DNA of 64,000 nucleotides from an uncultured Rikenellaceae bacterium. Lineage in GTDB: Bacteria; Bacteroidota; Bacteroidia; Bacteroidales; VadinHA17. Both the position numbers and the translations under genes were made by a program. Shown here piece by piece: positions 40,556 through 49,133 of this stretch. The notes beneath the pieces were generated by a model. That model searched no databases. It was not told the DNA's origin and worked only from the letters and a program-made list of their open reading frames with translations. The stretch is from assembly GCA_964429295.1 (NCBI GenBank), contig CAYSBL010000001.1, positions 178,528-242,527 on the forward strand. The letters run 5' to 3'. How positions within the stretch are numbered: the stretch's first letter is position 1; each line of letters begins with the position of its first letter.

Positions 40556-41488
40556 ATGAAGAAAAAATACGTCCTTGCCGCAGTCCTGCTGACGGCTTTC
40601 GTTGCCGCTCCGGCACAGAATGTTGGTTCAACACCCGAATACATAAAAGCCCTGACCTCCGAATGGAAGGGAGAACGTTTCACCGATGGAAGACCAAAGG
40701 TTCCGGATGCCATACTCGAAAGACTGAAAAATATTTCCATTGAGGAAGCCTGGGGAGTCCTTCGCAACCGGGGCTATAATAATCAGTTTGAAAGCGAATG
40801 GCAGATCATACACCCTGACGAACCTATGACCGGCCGGGTGGTTACGGCACAGTATATGCCACTTCGTCCCGATCTCGAAAAATACGTAAAGGAAAAGGGC
40901 AAAGCCGAAAACCGGGCCCAGCAGGGCGGTACCAATTCCTGGCCCATAGATGTTCTGACCGACGGTGATGTATATGTTGCCGACAGCTATGGCAAAATCG
41001 TCGACGGGACTCTTATCGGTGACAACCTGGGTAACTCTATCTATGCAAAATCAAAGAGGGGAGTCATATTCTACGGATCGGTAAGGGACCAGGAAGGACT
41101 TGAAGAAATAAAGGGATTCAATGGCTGGATAAAGGGCAATGATCCCTCTTATATAACCCAGATGAGCCTCGTTTCCATAAATGCTCCCATCCGCGTTGGA
41201 AGAGCCGTGGTACTACCTGGTGATGTGGTACTTGCCAAGAAATTCGGAGTAATATTCATACCCGCGCACCTCGTTGAGGAACTGGTAATTACCGCCGAGG
41301 TCACAGCCCTCAGGGATGAGTTCGGCCACCTGCGGTTAAGGGAAGGAAAATACAAACCGGGACAGATCGACAGCCAGTGGACTGAAGAGATACGTAAAGA
41401 TTTCATGAACTGGCTCAATAATTACCCCGGAAAACTGCCCATGACCAAAACTGAGCTTGATAATTACTTCAGGGAAAGGAACTGGTGA
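40556..41488 (+). CDS. RraA-family (HMG/CHA-aldolase / demethylmenaquinone-methyltransferase-like fold) protein with a Sec signal peptide
   Basis: Signal MKKKYVLAAVLLTAFVAAPAQ. The core GDVYVADSYGK...GTLIGDNLG...GVIFYGSVRD fits the RraA-like fold. At 310 aa it is longer than cytoplasmic RraA. Confidence 0.65.
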   Translation: MKKKYVLAAVLLTAFVAAPAQNVGSTPEYIKALTSEWKGERFTDGRPKVPDAILERLKNISIEEAWGVLRNRGYNNQFESEWQIIHPDEPMTGRVVTAQYMPLRPDLEKYVKEKGKAENRAQQGGTNSWPIDVLTDGDVYVADSYGKIVDGTLIGDNLGNSIYAKSKRGVIFYGSVRDQEGLEEIKGFNGWIKGNDPSYITQMSLVSINAPIRVGRAVVLPGDVVLAKKFGVIFIPAHLVEELVITAEVTALRDEFGHLRLREGKYKPGQIDSQWTEEIRKDFMNWLNNYPGKLPMTKTELDNYFRERNW

Positions 41489-41511
41489 GGCGCAAATTGT
41501 CAGGGGAAAGG

Positions 41512-41543
41512 GGTTGCTTCGTCCTTCGGGACTCGCAATGACT
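41512..41543. repeat. Short structured intergenic element, copy 1 (GGTTGCTTCG-GTCCTTCGGGAC-TCGCAATGAC)
   Basis: Shares its terminal arms (GGTTGCTTCG / CTCGCAATGAC) with the inverted copy at 44056-44087. The internal mini-hairpin is GTCC-TTCG-GGAC. Confidence 0.6.
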
Positions 41544-41584
41544 GTGCAAAGATTGAGGATCAGACAGAGATAAAAAAATAATTA

Positions 41585-42991
41585 ATGAATATGAAAAACA
41601 TAGACAGACGCAATTTCATCAGGAAAAGTGCCCTGGGGGGCATTGCCCTCGGAGGATTAATGCACTTGTCCCTGGAAGACACATTAGCACAGACTACCTC
41701 TAAGGTGAACCGTGCTTCCAGTCCGTCCGACCTGAAGATAACTGACATGCGGGTCGCAGTTGTCGGAAACGTAGGTAGAACAGCGATAATCAGAATCGAC
41801 ACCAATCAGGGCATCTATGGGCTTGGGGAGGTCAGGGACGGAGCTGATGAAAGATATGCGCTGATGCTTAAGAGCAGGATTCTGGGCCTTAATCCCTGCA
41901 ATGTCGAAATGATTTTCAAGATAATCAGGCAATATGGCTACCATGGCCGGCAGGGCGGAGGGGTATGTGCTGTCGAGATGGCTCTCTGGGATCTCTGCGG
42001 CAAAGCCTACGGCGTGCCTGCGTGGCAGCTGCTGGGCGGAAGATACAGGGACAAAATAAGACTGTATGCCGACACTCCGGGAGCCAATGATCCTGTAGCC
42101 TTCGCCGCAACAATGAGAAAACGTGTTGAAGAACAGGGCTTCACCTGGCTCAAAATGGACCTCGGTATCCATGTGGTGGCCAAACAGCCCGACTCGCTTG
42201 TAAACAACAAATTCTGGGACGGAGCAGTGGGCCAGTACGACCTCAGAACCTACATGGGCTACGGCAATACCCTTCATCCCTTCACTCAGGTGCAGATAAC
42301 CGACAAGGGTCTGGAGGGACTTGCAGAATACGTTGAACAGGTAAGAAATGCAGTAGGATATGAAATGCCTCTCTGTGCCGACCACTTCGGGCACTTTGAT
42401 ATAAACAACTCTATCCGTTTCGGCAGGGCTATGGAGAAATACAGGCTCGCCTGGCTCGAGGATATGGTTCCGTGGTTTTATACCGAACAATGGAGAACTG
42501 TTTCCGATGCACTCGAAACTCCGACATGCACGGGCGAAGACATCTATATGCTCAACGGCGGATTCAAACCGCTTCTCGACGCACGCGCAGTTGACATAAT
42601 CCATCCCGACCTTGCTACATCCGGTGGACTTCTCGAAACCAAACGAATCGGTGACTATGCTGAAGAATGCGGTGTGGCCATGGCCATGCACATGGCTGGA
42701 ACGCCGGTCTGCTTCATGGCAAATGTGCATTGTGCTGCTGCCACCCAGAACTTCCTTGCACTGGAGCATCACAGCGTGGACTCGCCATGGTGGGAAAACC
42801 TGGTAAGGATGACCGGATCACAGCCGATGGTAACAAAAGGCTTTGCAAACGTGCCGCTTGATTCTCCGGGCCTCGGAATAGAATTAAACGAGGAAGAAGT
42901 GAAAAAGCACCTGCATCCGAGGGCAAAGGGATTCTTTGAACCTACCCCGGAATGGGACGACAAGCGCTCGCACGACAGGCTCTGGAGTTAG
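41585..42991 (+). CDS. Enolase-superfamily enzyme (mandelate racemase/muconate-lactonizing family, sugar-acid dehydratase-like) with a twin-arginine signal
   Basis: TAT signal NIDRRNFIRKSALGGIALGGLM...TLAQ. Metal and acid/base contexts are WLKMDLG, CADHFGH, LAWLEDM, TGEDIY and HPDLATSGG. 468 aa. Confidence 0.75.
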   Translation: MNMKNIDRRNFIRKSALGGIALGGLMHLSLEDTLAQTTSKVNRASSPSDLKITDMRVAVVGNVGRTAIIRIDTNQGIYGLGEVRDGADERYALMLKSRILGLNPCNVEMIFKIIRQYGYHGRQGGGVCAVEMALWDLCGKAYGVPAWQLLGGRYRDKIRLYADTPGANDPVAFAATMRKRVEEQGFTWLKMDLGIHVVAKQPDSLVNNKFWDGAVGQYDLRTYMGYGNTLHPFTQVQITDKGLEGLAEYVEQVRNAVGYEMPLCADHFGHFDINNSIRFGRAMEKYRLAWLEDMVPWFYTEQWRTVSDALETPTCTGEDIYMLNGGFKPLLDARAVDIIHPDLATSGGLLETKRIGDYAEECGVAMAMHMAGTPVCFMANVHCAAATQNFLALEHHSVDSPWWENLVRMTGSQPMVTKGFANVPLDSPGLGIELNEEEVKKHLHPRAKGFFEPTPEWDDKRSHDRLWS

Positions 42992-44019
42992 CGAACTACC
43001 CTGCCTGACGCATCACCTTTCATAAGCTGCTCGACCTCCGCAACCGAAACGAGGTTAAAGTCGCCATGTATAGTGTGCTTCAGGCATGATGCGGCTACTG
43101 CAAAATGAAGGGCTTTCCGGTCATCGCCCTGATAGGCATTCAGACCGTAAATAAGACCACCCATAAATGAATCGCCTCCGCCAACCCTGTCGACTATGTG
43201 GGTTATCTGGTAAACCGGCGCTTCATACAAGGTTGTGCCGTCAAACAAAACCCCAGACCAGGTGTTATGATCGGCATTTATCGATCCGCGTAGGGTGATG
43301 ATCACCTTTTTTGCATTCGGAAACCGCAACATCAGCTGCCTGCATACCGATTCATAATCGGAAGCTTCTACCCTGCCCCCCATGACATCAGCTGATCCGG
43401 GCTTTATTCCGAAAACCTTTTCCGCATCCTCTTCATTTCCGAGGATAATGTCACATCCCGAAACAAGCCCGGGCATAACCTCGCCTGCCTTTTTACCCCA
43501 CTTCCACAGGTTCTTCCTGTAATTAAGGTCGCAGGATACGGTGATCCCTTTCTTCCTTGCCGTACTGATTGCCGTAAGGCACTCCTCTGCAGCTCCCTCT
43601 GATATCGCAGGTGTAATGCCTGTCCAGTGAAACCATCCGGCTCCTTCCAGGACATTTTCCCAGTCTATCATACCAGCTTCGATCTCGGCAATTGATGAAT
43701 GTGCACGGTCATAAATTACCTTGCTTGGCCTGGCTACCGAACCTGTCTCAAGAAAATATATTCCGACCCTGCTCCCTCCTCTGATAATATGGGAAGTCCC
43801 AACATTGTGCCTCCGAAGTTCCCTGACTGCAGCTTCCCCAATATCGTTAAGAGGCAAACGTGTCACAAACTCTGCATTCATTCCGAAATTTGCCAGTGAG
43901 ACCGCCACATTCGCCTCTCCTCCACCGAATGAAGCACAGTATGAATCAGCCTGTGTGAAACGCTGGTGCCCGGGCGTTGCAAGCCTTAACATGATCTCTC
44001 CAAACGTAATGATTTTCAT
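42988..44019 (-). CDS. kdgK: 2-dehydro-3-deoxygluconokinase (PfkB family)
   Basis: 343 aa with the N-terminal FGEIMLRL...FGGGEANVA motif and the C-terminal GGGDSFMGGLIYG motif, as in KdgK. Its stop overlaps the convergent enolase-family stop (TTAG). Confidence 0.8.
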   Translation of the reverse strand: MKIITFGEIMLRLATPGHQRFTQADSYCASFGGGEANVAVSLANFGMNAEFVTRLPLNDIGEAAVRELRRHNVGTSHIIRGGSRVGIYFLETGSVARPSKVIYDRAHSSIAEIEAGMIDWENVLEGAGWFHWTGITPAISEGAAEECLTAISTARKKGITVSCDLNYRKNLWKWGKKAGEVMPGLVSGCDIILGNEEDAEKVFGIKPGSADVMGGRVEASDYESVCRQLMLRFPNAKKVIITLRGSINADHNTWSGVLFDGTTLYEAPVYQITHIVDRVGGGDSFMGGLIYGLNAYQGDDRKALHFAVAASCLKHTIHGDFNLVSVAEVEQLMKGDASGRVVR

Positions 44020-44055
44020 TATCTTATTAATTTATTAAAATCCCAAAATGACCCC

Positions 44056-44087
44056 GTCATTGCGAGGCCCGCTGGGCCGAAGCAACC
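44056..44087. repeat. Short structured intergenic element, copy 2 (inverted: GTCATTGCGAG-GCCCGCTGGGCC-GAAGCAACC)
   Basis: The arms match the reverse complement of copy 1. The internal mini-hairpin has a different sequence but the same shape (GGCCC-GCT-GGGCC). The element supplies the last ~10 codons and the stop of the transporter ORF (VASAQRASQ-stop). Confidence 0.6.
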
Positions 44088-45358
44088 TCATCCTTCACCG
44101 GCCTCCCCCTCCACCAGTTCGCCAGCACCGATCCCGTAACATTCATCAATGGACCGAATATGGCAGGCGCAAGACCTACTGTGGCAAGCTTCCCCATCTG
44201 GTTTGCCAGTCCCGAAGCCAGACCACCGTTCTGCATTCCCACCTCAAAGGCAATAGTCCTCCGGTCTTTCTCCGGCATCCTGAGCAGCCATGCAAGCAGG
44301 TAACCAACAGTGTAACCCGTCAGGTTGTGAAGTATACTGGTGCAGACAAGCAGAATTCCAACACTCATCAGGCTGTCACGTCCCGAAGCTGTGATCACCG
44401 CTACTATGAGTGCTATTCCCACCATCGACACCATCGACAGTATCTTCTCCATGATCTTCTTGTCGCCCCCGAAAGCCTTCAGAAACAAAGTACCTCCTGC
44501 CATAGGCAGCAGATAGAAAATAAGAAGCATTTTTATCAGTTGAATTATGAACTGGGAAAGACTGGCATCCTTTGCCTTTACATAAACCAATCCTGTAAGT
44601 ATCATCACCAAAGGATAAATAATGAGCTGTATAAGCTTCGACCTGCCTGTTGCTTCCCTCTTCAGGAAGAGGTTGAAAATGAATCCGGCAACAATTGGAA
44701 GGATTATCATGTTGAGTATATCGAGCATCATGCTCCAGAAATCAATATCGATGAACTGACCAGCCAGTTTCTCCATAAGAAGCGGAGTCAGCAGGGGTGA
44801 AAGCAGTGTCGTAATTGCTGCCAGCGTAACTGCAAGAGGCACATTTGCACGGGCAAGGAACGACATCACATTGGATGCAAGACCGCTAGGAACACAACCG
44901 ATAAGTATTATCCCGGCTGCGATCTCAGGAGGAAAACTGAAAATATTGGCAATACCAAGGGCGACCAGCGGCATGATGGAGAACTGGGCTATCACCCCTA
45001 TTATCACCCCTTTCGGCATTTTGATAATGCCTGCAAAATCGTTGAAGCTCATCTGCGATCCCATTCCGAACATTATCAGCTGCAGAAGCGGGGTGATTAG
45101 CCTGCTCAGTTTAAAGCTACCGATCTGGGTAAGGTACTGGGGATAAAACATACTTACAACTACGGCAGTGAAAATCCATAGGGTATACGACAATCCCCTG
45201 AACCGGCTGGATCCCCTCACCCCCGTCGCCAGGGCAACAAAGCCGCCTATAAGCAGCCATCCCATCAGGGTGATCTTCCCGAGAAAATAAGAGATAATGG
45301 ATGAGATAATGAGCAGCGCTGAAAGTATCAGCAACAGTGAATAAACATTCTTCTTCAT
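44057..45358 (-). CDS. Bile-acid:sodium symporter (BASS/SBF-like) family transporter
   Basis: 433 aa and polytopic. MFGMGSQMSFNDF...GVIAQFSIMPL and a second repeat, CVPSGLASNVM, are typical of the SBF fold. Confidence 0.65.
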   Translation of the reverse strand: MKKNVYSLLLILSALLIISSIISYFLGKITLMGWLLIGGFVALATGVRGSSRFRGLSYTLWIFTAVVVSMFYPQYLTQIGSFKLSRLITPLLQLIMFGMGSQMSFNDFAGIIKMPKGVIIGVIAQFSIMPLVALGIANIFSFPPEIAAGIILIGCVPSGLASNVMSFLARANVPLAVTLAAITTLLSPLLTPLLMEKLAGQFIDIDFWSMMLDILNMIILPIVAGFIFNLFLKREATGRSKLIQLIIYPLVMILTGLVYVKAKDASLSQFIIQLIKMLLIFYLLPMAGGTLFLKAFGGDKKIMEKILSMVSMVGIALIVAVITASGRDSLMSVGILLVCTSILHNLTGYTVGYLLAWLLRMPEKDRRTIAFEVGMQNGGLASGLANQMGKLATVGLAPAIFGPLMNVTGSVLANWWRGRPVKDEVASAQRASQ

Positions 45359-45525
45359 CAGACGGTCATTTGTGCAAATCTTGCTGAGATAAATATAGCA
45401 AAATGACGTGAAATGGCTTATCCGGGAATTCTTTTTTACCGGCCAGCTTAAAAGTGAGACAGGAGATTTGAAAAGATTAATATATCTTCGGGATAATTTA
45501 ACACATACCTCTTAACTGTTTTTAC

Positions 45526-46428
45526 ATGGGCAGAATCGTTGTAATCGGAAGCACCAATACCGACATGGTGGTAAAGTCGAAAAAGATCCCGGCACCGGGA
45601 GAAACCATCATCGGAGGTACTTTTTTCATGAATCCGGGTGGTAAAGGCGCCAACCAGGCAGTGGCTGCCGCCCGCCTGAACGGGAAAGTCACCCTGGTAA
45701 CAAAGACCGGCAACGATTACTTCAGCGAACAGGCAAAACATATCTTTGATTTTGAAGGAATTGAAACAAAATATTTGGTCAATGATCCAAGAAATCCATC
45801 GGGTATCGCTCTGATTATGGTTGATCAGGACGGAGAGAACTGCATAGTGGTCGCACCAGGATCCAATGGCACACTGTCAGCTTATGACATTGATGATGAG
45901 GTCTATGGAGATGATCCCTCCGATGTCTACCTGATGCAGCTTGAGATACCGGTAAGCACTGTTGAATTCGTGGCCGAAAGGGTTTCCACAAAAGGTAACA
46001 GGGTTATTCTTAATCCTGCTCCTGTTAAACAGCTTTCAAACGAATTACTGAAATGTCTCTATATTATAACTCCCAATGAGATTGAAGCTGAATTGCTGAC
46101 AGGCATCAAGGTCACCGACGCTTCATCTGCTGAAAAATGCGCTGAAAAACTCAGGGCGCGGGGACCGCGAAATGTCATAATAACGATGGGGGCCGCCGGC
46201 GCTTACCTGCTTACCGACAATATATCAAGGATTATCCCGGTGATCCCCGTCAAGGCACTCGATACAACGGCAGCAGGGGACGTGTTCAACGGGGCCCTTG
46301 CAGTTGCCATTTGTGAAGGCCGTGACCTTACTGATGCAGTCAGGTTTGCCAACAAAGCCGCCGCAATTTCGGTTACACGGATGGGAGCCCAGTCTTCTGC
46401 CCCCTACCGGAAAGAGATCGATTTATAG
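45526..46428 (+). CDS. rbsK: Ribokinase
   Basis: 300 aa with VVIGSTNTDMV, NPGGKGANQAVAAARL and the C-terminal DTTAAGDVFNGALAV motif. Confidence 0.85.
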   Translation: MGRIVVIGSTNTDMVVKSKKIPAPGETIIGGTFFMNPGGKGANQAVAAARLNGKVTLVTKTGNDYFSEQAKHIFDFEGIETKYLVNDPRNPSGIALIMVDQDGENCIVVAPGSNGTLSAYDIDDEVYGDDPSDVYLMQLEIPVSTVEFVAERVSTKGNRVILNPAPVKQLSNELLKCLYIITPNEIEAELLTGIKVTDASSAEKCAEKLRARGPRNVIITMGAAGAYLLTDNISRIIPVIPVKALDTTAAGDVFNGALAVAICEGRDLTDAVRFANKAAAISVTRMGAQSSAPYRKEIDL

Positions 46429-46471
46429 TACTGATATTCAGTTATTTACTTTTATTACAATTGATACTCAA

Positions 46472-47473
46472 ATGAAAAGCCTCGTGTACTTAGTGTCCCT
46501 TTCAGTCCTGATCATTGCAAGCTGCTCCGGCCAGAATTCAGGGAAAGTCACTGAACCGGTAAAAATCATTTTCGACACCGACCTTGGTCCCGACTATGAT
46601 GACGTGGGAGCCCTTGCTTTCCTTCACGCCATGGCCGACAGCGGGAAAGCTGAGATCCTGGCCACCTTATCATCCAACAAACACGAACTGGTTGCACCCT
46701 CAATTGATGTGATAAACACATGGTTCAACAGACCGGACCTTCCGACAGGTGCTCCTGCAAGTGAAGGACCAAACCTTGGTTCATCGCAACACTGGGCCGA
46801 CTCGATCGTTGCTGCCTATCCTCACGACATAAAATCAACTTCCGAAGCTGAAGATGCAGTGAGGATATACAGGAAAATACTTGCCGGACAGCCCGACAAC
46901 AGTGTAACAATAATAACAGTGGGATTCCTGACCAACCTTAATAACCTGCTCCGGTCGGGCCCGGATGAGTTCAGCCCGCTTTCCGGAAGCGGACTTATCG
47001 GCGCTAAAGTGTCCTTGCTGGTCTCCATGGCAGGAAGCTTTCCGGAAGGAAGGGAATTCAACGTTTACATAGATTCGCTTGCTTCGAAACAAGTTTTTGA
47101 AAACTGGCCCGGTGAAGTGATTTTCACAGGCTTCGAGATAGGAAGAGAGATCCTTACAGGCCTCAGAGTGATGGAAATGCCTGTCAGCAGCAGTCCCGTA
47201 AAGGATGTCTTCAGGATCTCCATCCCGATGTCAGAAGAAGATAAAAACGGCCGCATGAGCTGGGACGAAACCGCAGTGCTAATTGCCGTATACGGCACCG
47301 AGGGTTTCTTCGACACCAGGAGGGGAACCATCCTCGTCGAAAGTTCCGGAAGCAACAAATGGCAGGATGATCCTGAAGGAAAACACCAGTTTGTGATTCA
47401 AAAGATGCCCGTACCTGATATGGCACGTTTCATCGAGGACAGAATGATGCATGTACCTGCCGACAAGAAATGA
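46472..47473 (+). CDS. Inosine-uridine-preferring nucleoside hydrolase-family lipoprotein
   Basis: Lipoprotein signal MKSLVYLVSLSVLIIASC, then IIFDTDLGPDYDDVGALAFL (the DxDxxxDD Ca-binding motif of IUNH). The 58 upstream codons in the track overlap rbsK and are rejected. Confidence 0.75.
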   Translation: MKSLVYLVSLSVLIIASCSGQNSGKVTEPVKIIFDTDLGPDYDDVGALAFLHAMADSGKAEILATLSSNKHELVAPSIDVINTWFNRPDLPTGAPASEGPNLGSSQHWADSIVAAYPHDIKSTSEAEDAVRIYRKILAGQPDNSVTIITVGFLTNLNNLLRSGPDEFSPLSGSGLIGAKVSLLVSMAGSFPEGREFNVYIDSLASKQVFENWPGEVIFTGFEIGREILTGLRVMEMPVSSSPVKDVFRISIPMSEEDKNGRMSWDETAVLIAVYGTEGFFDTRRGTILVESSGSNKWQDDPEGKHQFVIQKMPVPDMARFIEDRMMHVPADKK

Positions 47474-49107
47474 TTTTAATAAATAAAATAATGAGATACA
47501 GACACTTCCACATCCTGACTTCAGTGCTGCTCATCACACTGAGTTCCTGCTCCGGTCCAGGTGACCTGACACCAGTAAAGACAAATGTTCTCAAGGATAA
47601 GATTGCCGGAGGCTGGGCCGGAAAAATGATAGGCGTCACTTATGGAGCGCCAACCGAGTTCAGGGCACAGGGCCGCACCTACGAGGATTCTATTAAATGG
47701 AAACCTTCCGATATAAGGGGCAGCCTCTGGCAGGACGATATTTATGTGCAGCTCTCTTTTCTCATGGCAATGGACAAATACGGGATGGATGCTCCTTCAA
47801 AAAAGTTCCAGGAGATGTTTGCCCTTGCCGGTTTTCCGCTGTGGCACGCCAACATGCAGGCCAGGAAAAACTTCCACGACAGCATCTTCGCACCACTCTC
47901 GGGAAGCCCCGAATATAACCTCCATGCCGATGACATCGATTTCCAGATAGAATCCGACTATATCGGCTTCATGTGTCCGGGTATGCCAGCCACTGCCTCG
48001 GCGATAGCCGACAGGATCGGACGTATCATGAACTATGGCGATGGTGTCTACGGCGGAATTTTCGTAGCCGCTCTTTACTCCGAAGCCTTTTTTGAATCAG
48101 ATATCCGGCTGATAATTGAAAAAGCACTTTTGTCAATACCGAGCGAAAGCGACTATCACAAGGCAATAAGCGATGTACTCATACTCCACGACCGGTACCC
48201 GGGTGACTGGCGGGCTGCCTGGATGCAACTGGAGGGGAAATGGGGAGATGTGGATATCTGCGGCGCTGGCTCACCATTCAATATCGATGCCAAACTGAAC
48301 GGGGCCTATATTGCCATGGGGCTTTTGTACGGAGAAGGCGATCCGCTGAAAACACTTGAGATATCAACACGCTGCGGACAGGACTCCGACTGCAATCCGT
48401 CAAATGCGATGGCGGTGCTTGGCGTAATTAACGGGTTCAGCGGATTGCCTGCTGAAATGCAGGAAGGGATCAGGGCAATCGCCGATTCAACATTCATCCA
48501 TACTTCATATTCCTTTAATTCCGCCGTCGGATCTACATACAAATATGCTGTCGAACTGGCAGGCAGGTCGGGGGGTAAGATCAAAGGAAACAAGATCCTT
48601 ATAAAAAGGGAAGAACCGGTTGCCCCTGAGCTGGAAATATCATTCCCTGATCTGGTCTATGACCGAAAAATATCTGTGTTTGACAATGACGGATGGAAAT
48701 TCCGCGGGAAATGGGATGTACACAAGCCGGAATCCGCACGTACAAATCAGCGCCGGGGACAATCGATGGTTTCGGGTAACGCCGGTGATGAACTGACAAT
48801 TAAGTTTTCAGGAAGCGGGATCTCTCTCGAGGGCAACTGGTATCGCGACGGAGGACGGGCCGATGTATTCCTCGACGGAAATTATCACCGTACAATAGAT
48901 ACATATTACGACTATGCAGGCCAGCAGCATACTGAAAGCATCTGGCATGCCGTAAACCTCTCACCTGGTGATCACACTGTCAGACTGGTCGTTAAGGGCG
49001 AAAAAAGAAATGAATCAGCCGGAACAAATGTTTATGTTGTTTCGGCTACCATTTTCAGAAACGACCGGAAAAAGAATGAAACACACAACTTCAGCTTCAA
49101 ACAATAG
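47470..49107 (+). CDS. ADP-ribosylglycohydrolase-family protein with a signal/lipobox and an extra C-terminal beta-rich (carbohydrate-binding-like) domain
   Basis: Lipobox LITLSSC. ARH-fold motifs are GGWAGKMIGVTYGAPTEF, WQDDIYV and GQDSDCNPSNA. The C-terminal ~170 aa (GISLEGNWYRDGGRADVFLDGNY...GDHTVRLVV) resembles a CBM/galactose-binding-like module. The start is either 47470 (ATGA overlap) or 47491. Confidence 0.7.
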   Translation: MILINKIMRYRHFHILTSVLLITLSSCSGPGDLTPVKTNVLKDKIAGGWAGKMIGVTYGAPTEFRAQGRTYEDSIKWKPSDIRGSLWQDDIYVQLSFLMAMDKYGMDAPSKKFQEMFALAGFPLWHANMQARKNFHDSIFAPLSGSPEYNLHADDIDFQIESDYIGFMCPGMPATASAIADRIGRIMNYGDGVYGGIFVAALYSEAFFESDIRLIIEKALLSIPSESDYHKAISDVLILHDRYPGDWRAAWMQLEGKWGDVDICGAGSPFNIDAKLNGAYIAMGLLYGEGDPLKTLEISTRCGQDSDCNPSNAMAVLGVINGFSGLPAEMQEGIRAIADSTFIHTSYSFNSAVGSTYKYAVELAGRSGGKIKGNKILIKREEPVAPELEISFPDLVYDRKISVFDNDGWKFRGKWDVHKPESARTNQRRGQSMVSGNAGDELTIKFSGSGISLEGNWYRDGGRADVFLDGNYHRTIDTYYDYAGQQHTESIWHAVNLSPGDHTVRLVVKGEKRNESAGTNVYVVSATIFRNDRKKNETHNFSFKQ

Positions 49108-49133
49108 CTAAAGCGTCTTCAGTACATATTGAA

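Noticed and set aside
41684-42772. 362-aa ORF antisense to the enolase-superfamily gene
   Set aside because: It lies entirely within, and opposite to, a gene with strong family motifs and a TAT signal. Its translation is Ser/His/Cys/Gly-rich with no recognisable motif. It is a typical shadow ORF.
42988-42991. 4-nt overlap (TTAG) of the convergent stop codons of the enolase-family gene and kdgK
   Set aside because: The overlap is real but is probably just compact genome packing. There is no room for a terminator and no evidence of a regulatory role.
44048-44800. 250-aa ORF antisense to the BASS-family transporter
   Set aside because: The predicted product is rich in H, Q, R and S, with poly-P and HHRHHRQ-type runs and no domain signature. 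The opposite strand encodes a coherent polytopic membrane protein.
46298-46471. 58-codon N-terminal extension of the nucleoside hydrolase ORF in the track
   Set aside because: The extension overlaps the rbsK C-terminus in another frame. The ATG at 46472 gives a canonical lipoprotein signal peptide.
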